Positions 18,234-27,343 of a stretch of DNA of 35,179 nt are shown here, in pieces. Position 1 is the stretch's first letter, and each line of letters begins with the position of its first letter. The stretch lies in NCBI GenBank assembly GCA_012027035.1, contig VEPD01000249.1:1-35179 (forward strand), in the 5' to 3' direction. This DNA comes from Ruminiclostridium sp. GTDB lineage: Bacteria; Bacillota; Clostridia; Acetivibrionales; DTU013. Under the pieces are notes generated by a model that saw only the letters and a list, made by a program, of their open reading frames with translations, did not search any database and was not told where the DNA came from. The position numbers and the translations under genes were made by a program.

Positions 18234-19043
18234 ATGGTTAAGATGAAAGTGTCAAAGGTACTGGTAGTAGCTCTTGTGTTGGTAATGGTTCTTTCCACGG
18301 CGTCGTTCGCCGCATCATCCATGAACATAGTTCAGGGAACGCCCAAGATCGACGGTGAAATTGATGCCGTATGGGCAACTGCAAACACTGTAAAAAGTGA
18401 AATATTCATCGGCGGGGATGCATCGACAAACAATGTCGGTGAATTTAAGGCCTTGTGGGATGAAGATAATTACTACATATTGGCAATAGTAAAAGACGAA
18501 GTAATATCTGATGCCAGTGCCGATTCATACCAGCAGGATTCTATTGATTGGTATCTTGATGTTGCCAACAACAAGACTGTAGAGTATGACGCAATTGACG
18601 GACAATTCAGGGCTAACTTTGCCAATGTCAGTTCTGTCATGCACAGAGCCGATACTTCCGGTTTTGTCACCGCAGCAAAAGAAATTGACGGCGGATGGCT
18701 TGTTGAAGCAAAGGTTCCATTCCTAAAGAAGATGAAAGCCGGCGATGTAGTAGGAATCGATTTCCAGGTCAACAATGATAATGACGGCGATGGAGTAAGG
18801 GATGGAGTATCAAACTGGGCAGCACTTAGCGGAGATGGCTGGAAAGATACTTCCCAATTCGGAGGAGAAGGTGTTCTGGTTGCAGCTCCTGCGGCAAAAC
18901 CAGCAACTACAACAACTACTACAGCTAACCCCAAGACAGGTGACGACAACAATGTTCTGTTATTCGGGATAATAGCTCTGATAGCAGCTATGACGGCAGT
19001 TTTTGTACTTAAGGGAAAAAAGAAAGCAGCTTCATACAAATAG
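18234..19043 (+). CDS. Cell-wall-anchored CBM9-like carbohydrate-binding protein
   Basis: Signal peptide, then a CBM9/DOMON-like pattern (PKIDGEIDAVWATA, FKALWDEDNYYI, GIDFQVNNDNDGDG). This is followed by a Thr-rich linker and NPKTGD plus a hydrophobic helix plus KGKKK, i.e. an LPXTG-type sortase signal. Confidence 0.6.
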   Translation: MVKMKVSKVLVVALVLVMVLSTASFAASSMNIVQGTPKIDGEIDAVWATANTVKSEIFIGGDASTNNVGEFKALWDEDNYYILAIVKDEVISDASADSYQQDSIDWYLDVANNKTVEYDAIDGQFRANFANVSSVMHRADTSGFVTAAKEIDGGWLVEAKVPFLKKMKAGDVVGIDFQVNNDNDGDGVRDGVSNWAALSGDGWKDTSQFGGEGVLVAAPAAKPATTTTTTANPKTGDDNNVLLFGIIALIAAMTAVFVLKGKKKAASYK

Positions 19044-19091
19044 TTGCATAAACACAACTTAACACTATATAGTATTATAAGTTAGGTAAGA

Positions 19092-19137
19092 CAAAGGGGA
19101 TACATCATATATAGTTCATGTATTTCCTTTGTTTTTA
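19092..19137 (+). terminator. Rho-independent terminator after the CBM9-like gene
   Basis: 14-bp stem: 19092-19105 (CAAAGGGGATACAT) pairs with 19118-19131 (ATGTATTTCCTTTG), including two G-U pairs. 12-nt loop, followed by TTTTT. Confidence 0.6.
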
Positions 19138-19238
19138 CTTGAAAGATATAATGTTTTTATTTTTATGTAATAAGCAAATATATGAAATTATCATGAAAAG
19201 AGTTAAAAACATTGCAGAAAAACATTATAAATAAATTA

Positions 19239-19267
19239 TTGACTTTCTATTTATGTTGGTTTAATAT
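19239..19267 (+). promoter_or_regulatory. SigA-type promoter upstream of the MttB-family gene
   Basis: TTGACT (19239-19244), 17-nt spacer, TAATAT (19262-19267). Implies a leader of about 320 nt before ATG 19594. Confidence 0.5.
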
Positions 19268-19298
19268 AAGTGTGTAAGACACTAATACCCTAGATATG

Positions 19299-19385
19299 TT
19301 ATTATGCCGAAATGCATGATAATAGCAAGTTGAAGCATTTGTACGACTTTTAAAAAGATATCGGGTAACGAATGCAAACCATAAG
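19299..19385 (+). repeat. Diverged copy of the nested-palindrome repeat family, inside the MttB-gene leader
   Basis: Shares the 16-mer GTTGAAGCATTTGTAC (19329-19344) with the 25295 copy. Also shares flanking TTATTATGCCGAAAT, TTTTAAAAAGA and ATGCAAACCATAA blocks, collinear with that copy. Confidence 0.45.
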
Positions 19386-19593
19386 ACATATTTCCATCTA
19401 TTTATAAAATAATTGATATAGGGAAAGTGGTTTATGTTTTAGAAAAAGCAACATCCTATCCTCCTGATTTTGCGATTCAATTTTCTTCGAAGGAGCAGAA
19501 AAACTGTATAGGATGGGAATATAATGCATATTTACTTTATTAACAGGGAGCAGAATTGCTAGAAAAATATAATAATACAAGGAGTGTTAAGTC

Positions 19594-21000
19594 ATGCAAA
19601 TAAAAGTGCTTTCAGAAAATCAAATCGAAGAAATAAAAAAGAAGACCGAATATATTTTGGAAAATATAGGTTTTCGTGTAAATCATAAGGAAATTCTCAA
19701 AAAAGCTGCAAAAGCCGGAGCAAAAATTGATGATTCGACGGAAACGATAAAAATTCCGTCTGGCATGCTGAGGGAGCTATTATCAAAAGTTCCTGACAGT
19801 TTTACCATAAAAGGGATAAACAATAAGGAATACAGATTGGGAAGAGGTGAGCAGCATTCCCTGGCTATTGTCACCGATCCCTGGATAATTGATTACAAGA
19901 CTCAATCACCCAGGCGTCCCTGCCTTGAGGATGTAAGAAGGCATACTATTGTCGCTCAGAAGCTCGATCATGTTGCAGGCATAAGCCGGATGGATTTCCC
20001 GGTAACCGACTGCAGTGATGCTTCGTCAAGCTTCCGTGCTCTTGAGACACACCTTCTGAATCATACAAAGCATAACTTTGTATATTTGACTTCCATGGAG
20101 AATTACTACCGCTGGGTTGATATAGGAAATATTCTTGCACAGGGTGAAGATCTTTCCAAAAGCAAACTGATTACTATGGCCATTGCTATTGTTTCTCCAC
20201 TGACACTTGCAGATATCAATGCGGAGCTGTTGCTGGAAGCGACCTCAAATAATTTCGCGGTTATACCCACTATTTGTCCTATGGCTGGAACAACGTCGCC
20301 ATATAGCAAAGACTCGACTCTTTTGCTTGGAAATGCAGAAAACATATTTTTAGCTGCATTAACACAGCTCATTAATCCGGGAAACCCATTCATTTATGCT
20401 TTTGGACCATCCCGAAGCAATATGAGGACAGGACACGATATGTATTTTACAATGGATAAAATGCTATGGAAAATTGCAGCGGCAGAACTTGCATTATCGT
20501 ATAGTATGCCGGTTATGTCGGAATGCGGTGGCTCGATGACATATCGGTATGATCAACAGAACGGGGCTGAAGGAATACTTTTCATGCTTGGTGCTCAAAA
20601 TTCAAAATCCAATCTTCTTTCAGGAATAGGGTCATGTCATAATGCAAACGGTATGTCGGCTGAAATGATGGTTATTCAGACTGCATGGCTTGATGCAGTG
20701 AAGTTTTTAAACAGGGGAATTTCAACAAGTACGTTGGAGAAAGGCATTGAAAGTATAAAAAATGCGGGATTCGGAGGTAATTTTCTTACTGATGACTTAA
20801 CAATAGAGCTTTTGCGTAGTGATGAGTTCTTCAACAATAATATATTTGATTATTCAGGCGGATTTGAAGAAGGGTCGTCCATACTTGAAAATGCCCATAA
20901 TGAGGTTGAAAAAATGGTAACAGGTTATGAATCGCCTGTGCCCGGAAAAGTGAAAGAAGGGCTGATGAAGTATTTCCATGATTTATATAAGGATATATAA
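19594..21000 (+). CDS. MttB-superfamily (trimethylamine methyltransferase-like) protein, non-pyrrolysine type
   Basis: 468-aa uninterrupted ORF. The N-terminal pattern (LSENQIEEIKKKTEYILENIGFRV...AKAGAKID...IKIPSGMLRELL) and the C-terminal GIESIKNAGFGGNFLT align with MttB as I recall it. There is no in-frame TAG at the Pyl position. Confidence 0.8.
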   Translation: MQIKVLSENQIEEIKKKTEYILENIGFRVNHKEILKKAAKAGAKIDDSTETIKIPSGMLRELLSKVPDSFTIKGINNKEYRLGRGEQHSLAIVTDPWIIDYKTQSPRRPCLEDVRRHTIVAQKLDHVAGISRMDFPVTDCSDASSSFRALETHLLNHTKHNFVYLTSMENYYRWVDIGNILAQGEDLSKSKLITMAIAIVSPLTLADINAELLLEATSNNFAVIPTICPMAGTTSPYSKDSTLLLGNAENIFLAALTQLINPGNPFIYAFGPSRSNMRTGHDMYFTMDKMLWKIAAAELALSYSMPVMSECGGSMTYRYDQQNGAEGILFMLGAQNSKSNLLSGIGSCHNANGMSAEMMVIQTAWLDAVKFLNRGISTSTLEKGIESIKNAGFGGNFLTDDLTIELLRSDEFFNNNIFDYSGGFEEGSSILENAHNEVEKMVTGYESPVPGKVKEGLMKYFHDLYKDI

Positions 21001-21029
21001 AAAGACTGAAAGTTAGGGGCTGAAATTAT

Positions 21030-21824
21030 ATGGATACAGGATTGAAAGGCAGGAGTGCGATAATAACCGGCGGCGCAAGCGGGATTGGGTTGGGTATAGC
21101 TTTGGCGCTGGCCGAAGAGGGCGTCAACCTTGCAATTGTCGGCAGAAATCCCGACCGGACTGCTATTGATGAGCTTTGCAGTAAAGGAGTAAAGTGCATA
21201 AGTATAAAAACCGACGTCAGCAAAGAAAATGAAGTAGTTAATATGATCAGTAGTGCAATTTCAGAATTCGGACATATAGATATGTATATAAACAATGCAG
21301 CCTGGGCGTGGCACCAGCCCATTACAAAGATTGATTCCGAGTCGTGGTATAAAACCATTGATACGAATCTATCGGCGTGTATGTGGGCATGCAGGGAAAT
21401 ATGCAGACATATGATACCAAAAAAAAGCGGGAGTATTCTTATTATCGGTTCTGCCGCCAGGTTCAACCCTGCGTACAGAGAAGCTACATACCGTATTACA
21501 AAAATGGGTCTTTGCATGTATATGCAAAATCTGGCAATCGAAATGGCTCCTTACAATATACGTGTAAATATGATAACACCCGGTCATTTCAAAACACGTA
21601 TGACTGGGAATGTACCGCCGGCTGTGGAAGATAAGATGAAACATATAATACCCGCACACAGGTTCGGGAATACATTTGATATAGGGTACACAGCGGTTAT
21701 GCTGCTTTCCGACAGATTAAGCGGTTATACATACGGGGCCGACCTGGTAATAGACGGAGGTCTTACGCTTCGCCCGCTGCCGATATATACGGATGAAGAG
21801 ATCATCGGATTCAATAAAGTTTGA
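21030..21824 (+). CDS. Short-chain dehydrogenase/reductase (SDR)
   Basis: TGGASGIGLGIA cofactor motif, NNAA, and the YRITK catalytic Y-x3-K. Confidence 0.85.
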   Translation: MDTGLKGRSAIITGGASGIGLGIALALAEEGVNLAIVGRNPDRTAIDELCSKGVKCISIKTDVSKENEVVNMISSAISEFGHIDMYINNAAWAWHQPITKIDSESWYKTIDTNLSACMWACREICRHMIPKKSGSILIIGSAARFNPAYREATYRITKMGLCMYMQNLAIEMAPYNIRVNMITPGHFKTRMTGNVPPAVEDKMKHIIPAHRFGNTFDIGYTAVMLLSDRLSGYTYGADLVIDGGLTLRPLPIYTDEEIIGFNKV

Positions 21825-21955
21825 ATAAGCGGCAAAACAAATTGTTTTAAAATATGTGGGGGAAATGGTAAAATGAAAGCAAGCCCGGTATGTGAAACAT
21901 TATGTTTGAAGAAGACTGATAGATAAATAAACACAAAAGAAGGGAGGATGTCATT

Positions 21956-23329
21956 ATGAAAGCGGGTGTAGTTTCTGTCGATATCACACCGGCAGTTGGA
22001 GTAGTACTGGGGGGCAACGGAAGGAAAGATAACAAGTCGAGGGGAGTCCATGATCCGCTGTTTGCCAATATCATAGCCCTGAATGAGAATAACAACACGG
22101 TAGTATTTATTGGACTGGATGTCTTGGGTATTTTGAAGGAAGATGTTGACGAAATAAAAAAGGGGATTACAGCAAAGCATACCCTTGAAGGAAAAGATAT
22201 TGTGATAACTGCCACCCATACACATAGCGGTCCCAATATTATTAGAATATTTGCAAGCACATATTCAGCCCGGGAGTTGGATGAGATAGATGTGTACAGG
22301 AAAGAACTCATAAATAAAGTTATTAATGCCGCCGATGAAGCATTGAATGGAATGTTTCCATGCAAGTTCGGTTATGGTAAAGGGATTGCAGAGGAGTTTT
22401 CTTTTAACAGAAGAATATTTTTGAAGGACGGTTCTTTCATAATGGGATTTGAAGAACACGGTCTTAATGATGTGGACCGTTTTGCAGGTCCCAGTGGATA
22501 TCCGGTCATGAGTGTTTATAAAATTACTGATTTTTCCGGAAAGGTAAGAGCTGTTCATGTTAATTATGCGAGCCATCCTGCGCTTGCGTGCGGTGAAGGT
22601 TTATTGTTCAGCAGGGACTATGTACACGGTTTGACTGAAGCATTAAAAGAAAGGTATGGCAAAGATATCGTTGTACTTTATACCAATGGGTCGCAGGGAA
22701 ATCTGATACCTTTTAATCCTTTCAAACAGCCTTTTGTTACCGGCTTTGAAGAAAGTGACAGAGTAGGCAGGGGACTTGCAGATGCAGCTGTGAAAATTAT
22801 AGAAAGCATCGTAATGAAGGACTGTCTCAGGATGAAAACGGCCCTCAGGGAAATTGAGCTACCCATTAGAAAAATTCCCGGAGATATGGTTGCTATAGCG
22901 GAAGAATTGCTGAAAAATCACGCAGGTAAGGATATAGTAGCTCATGGATTGGACCCGTCAGTGGAAGCAGACGGAGTCGTTAAATTGTACAGGTGTGGTA
23001 AGAAAACTGAAAAGATCGTTATTCAGGCTGTAAATATTAATGAGACCCTTATTGTCACCTTGCCTGGGGAAGTTTTTATAGAATTTGGGTTACAGATAAT
23101 TGAGGACTCTCCTTTTGACAATACGATGATATTCGGCCTTGCTAACGGTTATTCAGGTTACATCCCCACGAGTGAAGCTTTTTCACAGGGAGGATATGAA
23201 ATCAAACCCTCATATTCGTCGAGCAAATTTGTACCCGAGGCTGGAGATATACTTGTTGGAAATGTTAAGAATCTCATAATGGAAGATATATTTGCAGGGG
23301 GGAATCATAATGGTAAAACAGCAACTTAA
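21956..23329 (+). CDS. Neutral/alkaline ceramidase-like amidohydrolase family protein
   Basis: MKAGVVSVDITP..., VHDPLFA, VFIGLDVLG and ITATHTHSGP match the N-terminal pattern of bacterial neutral-ceramidase-like proteins. The substrate is unknown. Confidence 0.6.
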   Translation: MKAGVVSVDITPAVGVVLGGNGRKDNKSRGVHDPLFANIIALNENNNTVVFIGLDVLGILKEDVDEIKKGITAKHTLEGKDIVITATHTHSGPNIIRIFASTYSARELDEIDVYRKELINKVINAADEALNGMFPCKFGYGKGIAEEFSFNRRIFLKDGSFIMGFEEHGLNDVDRFAGPSGYPVMSVYKITDFSGKVRAVHVNYASHPALACGEGLLFSRDYVHGLTEALKERYGKDIVVLYTNGSQGNLIPFNPFKQPFVTGFEESDRVGRGLADAAVKIIESIVMKDCLRMKTALREIELPIRKIPGDMVAIAEELLKNHAGKDIVAHGLDPSVEADGVVKLYRCGKKTEKIVIQAVNINETLIVTLPGEVFIEFGLQIIEDSPFDNTMIFGLANGYSGYIPTSEAFSQGGYEIKPSYSSSKFVPEAGDILVGNVKNLIMEDIFAGGNHNGKTAT

Positions 23330-23933
23330 GGAAGAAGTGGCCAGGTCGGCGAGACTGTTCTGGGAAAAAGGACTAAGCCCGGGGAACGATTCCGGCGATA
23401 CAAGCCTCAGGGATGCTGAAACAGGGTATATCTACATATGCCCGAGACCGAATAGCAAGTTGAAAATTCCCAACTGGGGGGTTACAAAAGCTGAAGACAT
23501 AGTCGTCATAAACAGAAGCGGTGATATCATGGAGGATACGGATATCCTTCCGACCGTAGAGGCGCCTATGCATCTTCATATCTACAGATCAAGGCCTGAA
23601 ATCAATGCAATCGTGCATTCCCATGCCGTTTGGTCATCAGCATTTGCTGCTGCAGGGAAAAACATGCCGTCTGTTCTTGATGAACAGTATTATGTTTTTG
23701 GTGGGGAAGTTGTTTGTGCGGAATATGGTGCGGTGGGTTCCGAAAAGCTGGCGGAGAATATAGTTTTTGCTCTGGGGGCGGATAGAATGGCCGCTTTAAT
23801 GAGGAACCACGGTGCTGTATGCATCGGAAAAGACCTGGAAGAAGCATTTATTGTATCGGACTTTCTGGAAAAGTGTGCTCAATCCATACTGTTTGCAAGC
23901 TTGATTGGCGGGTTTCCAGTGCTTAACAAGTAA
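23310..23933 (+). CDS. Class II aldolase/adducin-family protein (fuculose-/ribulose-phosphate aldolase or epimerase-like)
   Basis: ATG 23310 follows GGGGGGAA and overlaps the upstream gene by 20 nt. Motifs: PMHLHIYRSRPEINAIVHSHAVW, MRNHGAVCIG. Confidence 0.8.
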   Translation: MVKQQLKEEVARSARLFWEKGLSPGNDSGDTSLRDAETGYIYICPRPNSKLKIPNWGVTKAEDIVVINRSGDIMEDTDILPTVEAPMHLHIYRSRPEINAIVHSHAVWSSAFAAAGKNMPSVLDEQYYVFGGEVVCAEYGAVGSEKLAENIVFALGADRMAALMRNHGAVCIGKDLEEAFIVSDFLEKCAQSILFASLIGGFPVLNK

Positions 23934-23951
23934 AGGGAGTTCTGATTCATT

Positions 23952-25262
23952 ATGAATAAGGATACGATATTCAGCTATATAGACGAACATGCTGATGAAA
24001 TTATCGGCTTTTTAAAGAAATATATCGGTATACCGTCTGTAAACAACGGACAGCAGAACGGCGGCGAAGAAAAGGAAGTTCAGGATTGGCTGGCGGATAT
24101 ATTGGGCTCTTTTGGCTTTTTTATTGATAAGTGGACTGCCGACGCCGGAGGTATACGGCCCAATGTCGTATGCGTCCTTAAAGGCGGCGGCGGCGGGAAT
24201 GATTTGATTTTAAACGGCCATTCTGATGTTGTTCCCATCAATGAACCTGGGAAATGGAAAACAAACCCATGGATTGCAGAGATATCAGACGGCAGGCTGT
24301 CCGGACGCGGGGCCAGTGACATGAAAGGGGGCAATACGGCTGCTATCTGGGCGCTAAAGGCATTAAAAGATAGTGGTGTAAAGCTTAAAGGGAATGTTTA
24401 TCTGGAATTGATGGTGGGTGAAGAATCATGTGAGGGGCGGACGATTGGAACTGCTTCTGCAGTGGACAGGGGTTATAAAGCGCCTTTTGCCATAGTAATG
24501 GAACCGACGAATCTTGAAATACATACTGCCTCGGTAGGTTTGTTCTTTTTTGAACTCATTGTTCCCGGAAAAGCAGTACATGTTTCAAGCCGCAATCAGG
24601 TGGTATTTCCACAGCCTTTTGGTCTGGAGGCCGGATATACCGTCGGTGTCGACGCTCTTAAAAAATCCCTTCCATTTATAGACCTCTTCGAAAGGCTGGA
24701 AATTCAGTGGAATCAGAGGTGGAGGGATCCGGTACTGGGAGGCGGGGGACATCCTGTTTCCGATAAGCAGGGAGTAGGGATTTTTACCGTTAATCCCGCG
24801 CTTATAGAGGGCGGAACATATCTGGGATCTTTACCGGGCAGTATGAGACTTGTGTATTCCGTATGGTATCCCACCGGCACTGCGCCCCAGTCAATATGGG
24901 AAGAGATCCGTGAATGCGTGGATGCTATAGCTTCAACGGACGATTGGTTGAAAACAAATCCGCCGGTTTTAAACATGCCGGTTTTGCAAGAATGGAAGGG
25001 ATTCAGGGTTGCAGAGAGCGAACCTGGGATTCCCTTGCTGAGAGACTCGATTAAGGGCGTATTGAAGCATGATGCGGTAATATCAGGCTTTAAAGCAGTA
25101 TGCGACGCTACTTTTATTAATGAAAGAAATATACCTGCCGTGATTTGCGGCCCAGGTTCGCTAAGTTACGGAGTCCATGGCGATAATGAATACATACCTG
25201 TCAAAGAAGTGCTTGAAGCGGCGAAAATCTACGCATCATTTATTATTGACTGGTGTGGATGA
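23952..25262 (+). CDS. M20-family metallohydrolase (ArgE/DapE/acyl-amino-acid deacylase-like)
   Basis: LNGHSDVVP, GRGASDMKGG and LMVGEES metal-binding motifs. Confidence 0.8.
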   Translation: MNKDTIFSYIDEHADEIIGFLKKYIGIPSVNNGQQNGGEEKEVQDWLADILGSFGFFIDKWTADAGGIRPNVVCVLKGGGGGNDLILNGHSDVVPINEPGKWKTNPWIAEISDGRLSGRGASDMKGGNTAAIWALKALKDSGVKLKGNVYLELMVGEESCEGRTIGTASAVDRGYKAPFAIVMEPTNLEIHTASVGLFFFELIVPGKAVHVSSRNQVVFPQPFGLEAGYTVGVDALKKSLPFIDLFERLEIQWNQRWRDPVLGGGGHPVSDKQGVGIFTVNPALIEGGTYLGSLPGSMRLVYSVWYPTGTAPQSIWEEIRECVDAIASTDDWLKTNPPVLNMPVLQEWKGFRVAESEPGIPLLRDSIKGVLKHDAVISGFKAVCDATFINERNIPAVICGPGSLSYGVHGDNEYIPVKEVLEAAKIYASFIIDWCG

Positions 25263-25294
25263 TTGCAACAGATATTATTTGCCGTTCTGATTAG

Positions 25295-25406
25295 TACTAT
25301 GGTGAAACATTTTAATTATCGTTCCGGAAATTGTGCGTTGAAGCATTTGTACTAATTTTAAAAGACACATGCAAGCCGATAATATAATGAAATTGACGCT
25401 GTAGTA
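25295..25406 (+). repeat. Diverged copy of the nested-palindrome repeat family, in the leader of the cupin-kinase operon (candidate structured RNA)
   Basis: Hand alignment to the reverse complement of 7730-7843 gives about two-thirds identity over 112 nt. The 13-mer GCGTTGAAGCATT is identical. The outer stem 25295-25304/25397-25406 is kept through three G-U pairs. The inner hairpin keeps the one-nt bulge position. Confidence 0.6.
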
Positions 25407-25429
25407 CCAGGAAAAGGAGGAATAACACT

Positions 25430-25768
25430 TTGGAATTAAAAGGCATTGTGAAAGGAAAGAAGGAATGCAGGTCTTTTATGGAGGAAGGGGAGTTTATCAG
25501 GGAGTATTTTAAAACGGACCGTTTAACATTCGGCGTTTCGGAAATCATGCCGGGAAAGATAGGCGGGCTTGATCCCGGACATAATGAAGCCGATGAAATT
25601 TTCTTCTGCTCCAAAGGGCATATGTTATGCTACTTTCCCGAAGAAGACAAGTATTATGAGCTAACGGAAGGGGATGCACTTCTAATCCCGCAGGGCGTCG
25701 GGCACCGGCTTTTCAATGTCGGCGAGGAAAAGGGTGTTATCGTCTGGTGCTGCGCTCCCCATCCTTAG
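25430..25768 (+). CDS. Cupin-domain protein
   Basis: TTG start 9 nt after AAAGGAGG. GHNEADEIFF....GDALLIPQGVGHRLFN is a two-motif cupin signature. Confidence 0.65.
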   Translation: MELKGIVKGKKECRSFMEEGEFIREYFKTDRLTFGVSEIMPGKIGGLDPGHNEADEIFFCSKGHMLCYFPEEDKYYELTEGDALLIPQGVGHRLFNVGEEKGVIVWCCAPHP

Positions 25769-25818
25769 TACAAGTCCATATAAAGGAGAATCTTATATTT
25801 TTAAAGGAGAGCATCTTT

Positions 25819-27342
25819 ATGGAAGAACTTATACTGAGTGTTGACCTGGGGACTACCGCTTTAAAAATTGCATTGTTTGATAATTATGGACATTTAAAGG
25901 CGCTATCTACACAGGAATATACGCTTTTCACCCCGGTTGCATCATTTGTGGAGGCTGACGCCGATATATACTGGATATCCTTTAAAAAAGGGCTGGAGGA
26001 TCTGAAAAACAGATATCCATTTGTCCCTGGTTCTGTAAGAGCACTTGGTATCTCCGCTCAGGGCGAAACATTATTTTTCATTGATAAAAACGGTAAACCG
26101 TTAAGGAATGCCATTGTATGGATGGATAACAGGGCGCGGCGGCAAGCGGAAATATTAAGCTCCGAATTTACTGATGAAGAATGCTATAGGATAACCGGGC
26201 AGGCTGCTTTTGATCCTTGCTGGCCTGCCGCGAAAATACTGTGGATCCGGGAAAATGAGCCTGAGGTATTTAAGCAAGCCATGAAATTCCTGCTAATTGA
26301 AGATTATTTTATATATAAACTGACGGGAGAATTTGTTTCAGAAGGTTCTCTGCTATGTTCCACCGCCATGTGGGACATTACAGGCAAAAAGTGGTGGCCT
26401 GAAATGCTGGAATACCTAGGTATCAAGGAAAGCAACCTGCCTGAAATCAGAGAACCCGGTGAATATGTAGGGACTATTCTTCCGAAGGTTGCAGATGAAC
26501 TGGGATTGAGCGGGGAAATGGCGGTGTGCACCGGTGCGCTTGATCAAGCGGCTGGCGCCATAGGCGTGGGCAATATATCCGAAGGGATTTTTTCGGAAAA
26601 TATCGGAGCTGCCCTTGCGATTTGTGTTCCTGTTAACAGGCCGACTTTTGATCCCAATCGGAAAATACCTCTGCACTATTTCGGAATACCCGATATGTAT
26701 ATGATGCATACCTTTACTACGGGAGGTATGGCGTTAAGATGGTTCAGAGACAATTTCTGCCGTATGGAAACAATGCTTTCCGATCTACTGGCAAATGATT
26801 CATATGAACTGCTGGACAAGGAAGCACAGCATATACCGGCGGGCTGTGAAGGATTGCTCATGCTTCCCCATCTTAGCGGTTCAATGGCTCCCGATGCAAA
26901 TCCCGGTGCAAGGGGGGTTTTTTACGGTTTTACCCTAAAGCATGGAAAGCCTCATTTTATAAGGGCCATAATGGAGGCTTTAGGGTATATAATCAAGCGG
27001 AATATTGACGTTTTAAATGAGGTGGGTATTAACGTCAATGAGATACGCTCGCTGGGCGGCGGTTCCAGGAGTAGATTGTGGAATCAGATAAAATCGGATA
27101 TAACAGGCAAACCGATAATAACCATGAAATGTCCCGAAGCAGCCTGTCTGGGCGCTGCAATACTTGCAGGCAAAGGCATGGGCATATATGGCGATGTAAA
27201 AACAGCCTGCAATGAAATGATAAAGGTTTCGGAAAGATTTATCCCAGATCCGGAAAAGGCTACTGTTTACGGCAGGCAATATGAAAATTATAAAATGCTT
27301 TTTAATAATCTGGTGGAAGTTTTCAATAAAAATTTAACATAG
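25819..27342 (+). CDS. FGGY-family carbohydrate kinase (xylulokinase-like)
   Basis: ATG 25819 follows AAAGGAGAG. VDLGTTALKIALFD, WMDNRA, and GGGSRSRLWNQIKSDITGKPI. Confidence 0.85.
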   Translation: MEELILSVDLGTTALKIALFDNYGHLKALSTQEYTLFTPVASFVEADADIYWISFKKGLEDLKNRYPFVPGSVRALGISAQGETLFFIDKNGKPLRNAIVWMDNRARRQAEILSSEFTDEECYRITGQAAFDPCWPAAKILWIRENEPEVFKQAMKFLLIEDYFIYKLTGEFVSEGSLLCSTAMWDITGKKWWPEMLEYLGIKESNLPEIREPGEYVGTILPKVADELGLSGEMAVCTGALDQAAGAIGVGNISEGIFSENIGAALAICVPVNRPTFDPNRKIPLHYFGIPDMYMMHTFTTGGMALRWFRDNFCRMETMLSDLLANDSYELLDKEAQHIPAGCEGLLMLPHLSGSMAPDANPGARGVFYGFTLKHGKPHFIRAIMEALGYIIKRNIDVLNEVGINVNEIRSLGGGSRSRLWNQIKSDITGKPIITMKCPEAACLGAAILAGKGMGIYGDVKTACNEMIKVSERFIPDPEKATVYGRQYENYKMLFNNLVEVFNKNLT

Positions 27343-27343
27343 G

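Noticed and set aside
19398-19580. 60-aa minus-strand ORF in the long intergenic region upstream of the MttB-family gene.
   Set aside because: It is AT-rich, with no RBS and no recognisable fold. It overlaps the proposed + strand leader and is most likely a chance ORF in AT-rich DNA.
25383-25388. The conserved TATAAT box inside the repeat family (also present in the 7730-7843 copy) as an element-borne promoter.
   Set aside because: Neither copy has an acceptable -35 hexamer or TG extension at the right spacing. The conservation is noted, but a promoter call is not supported.
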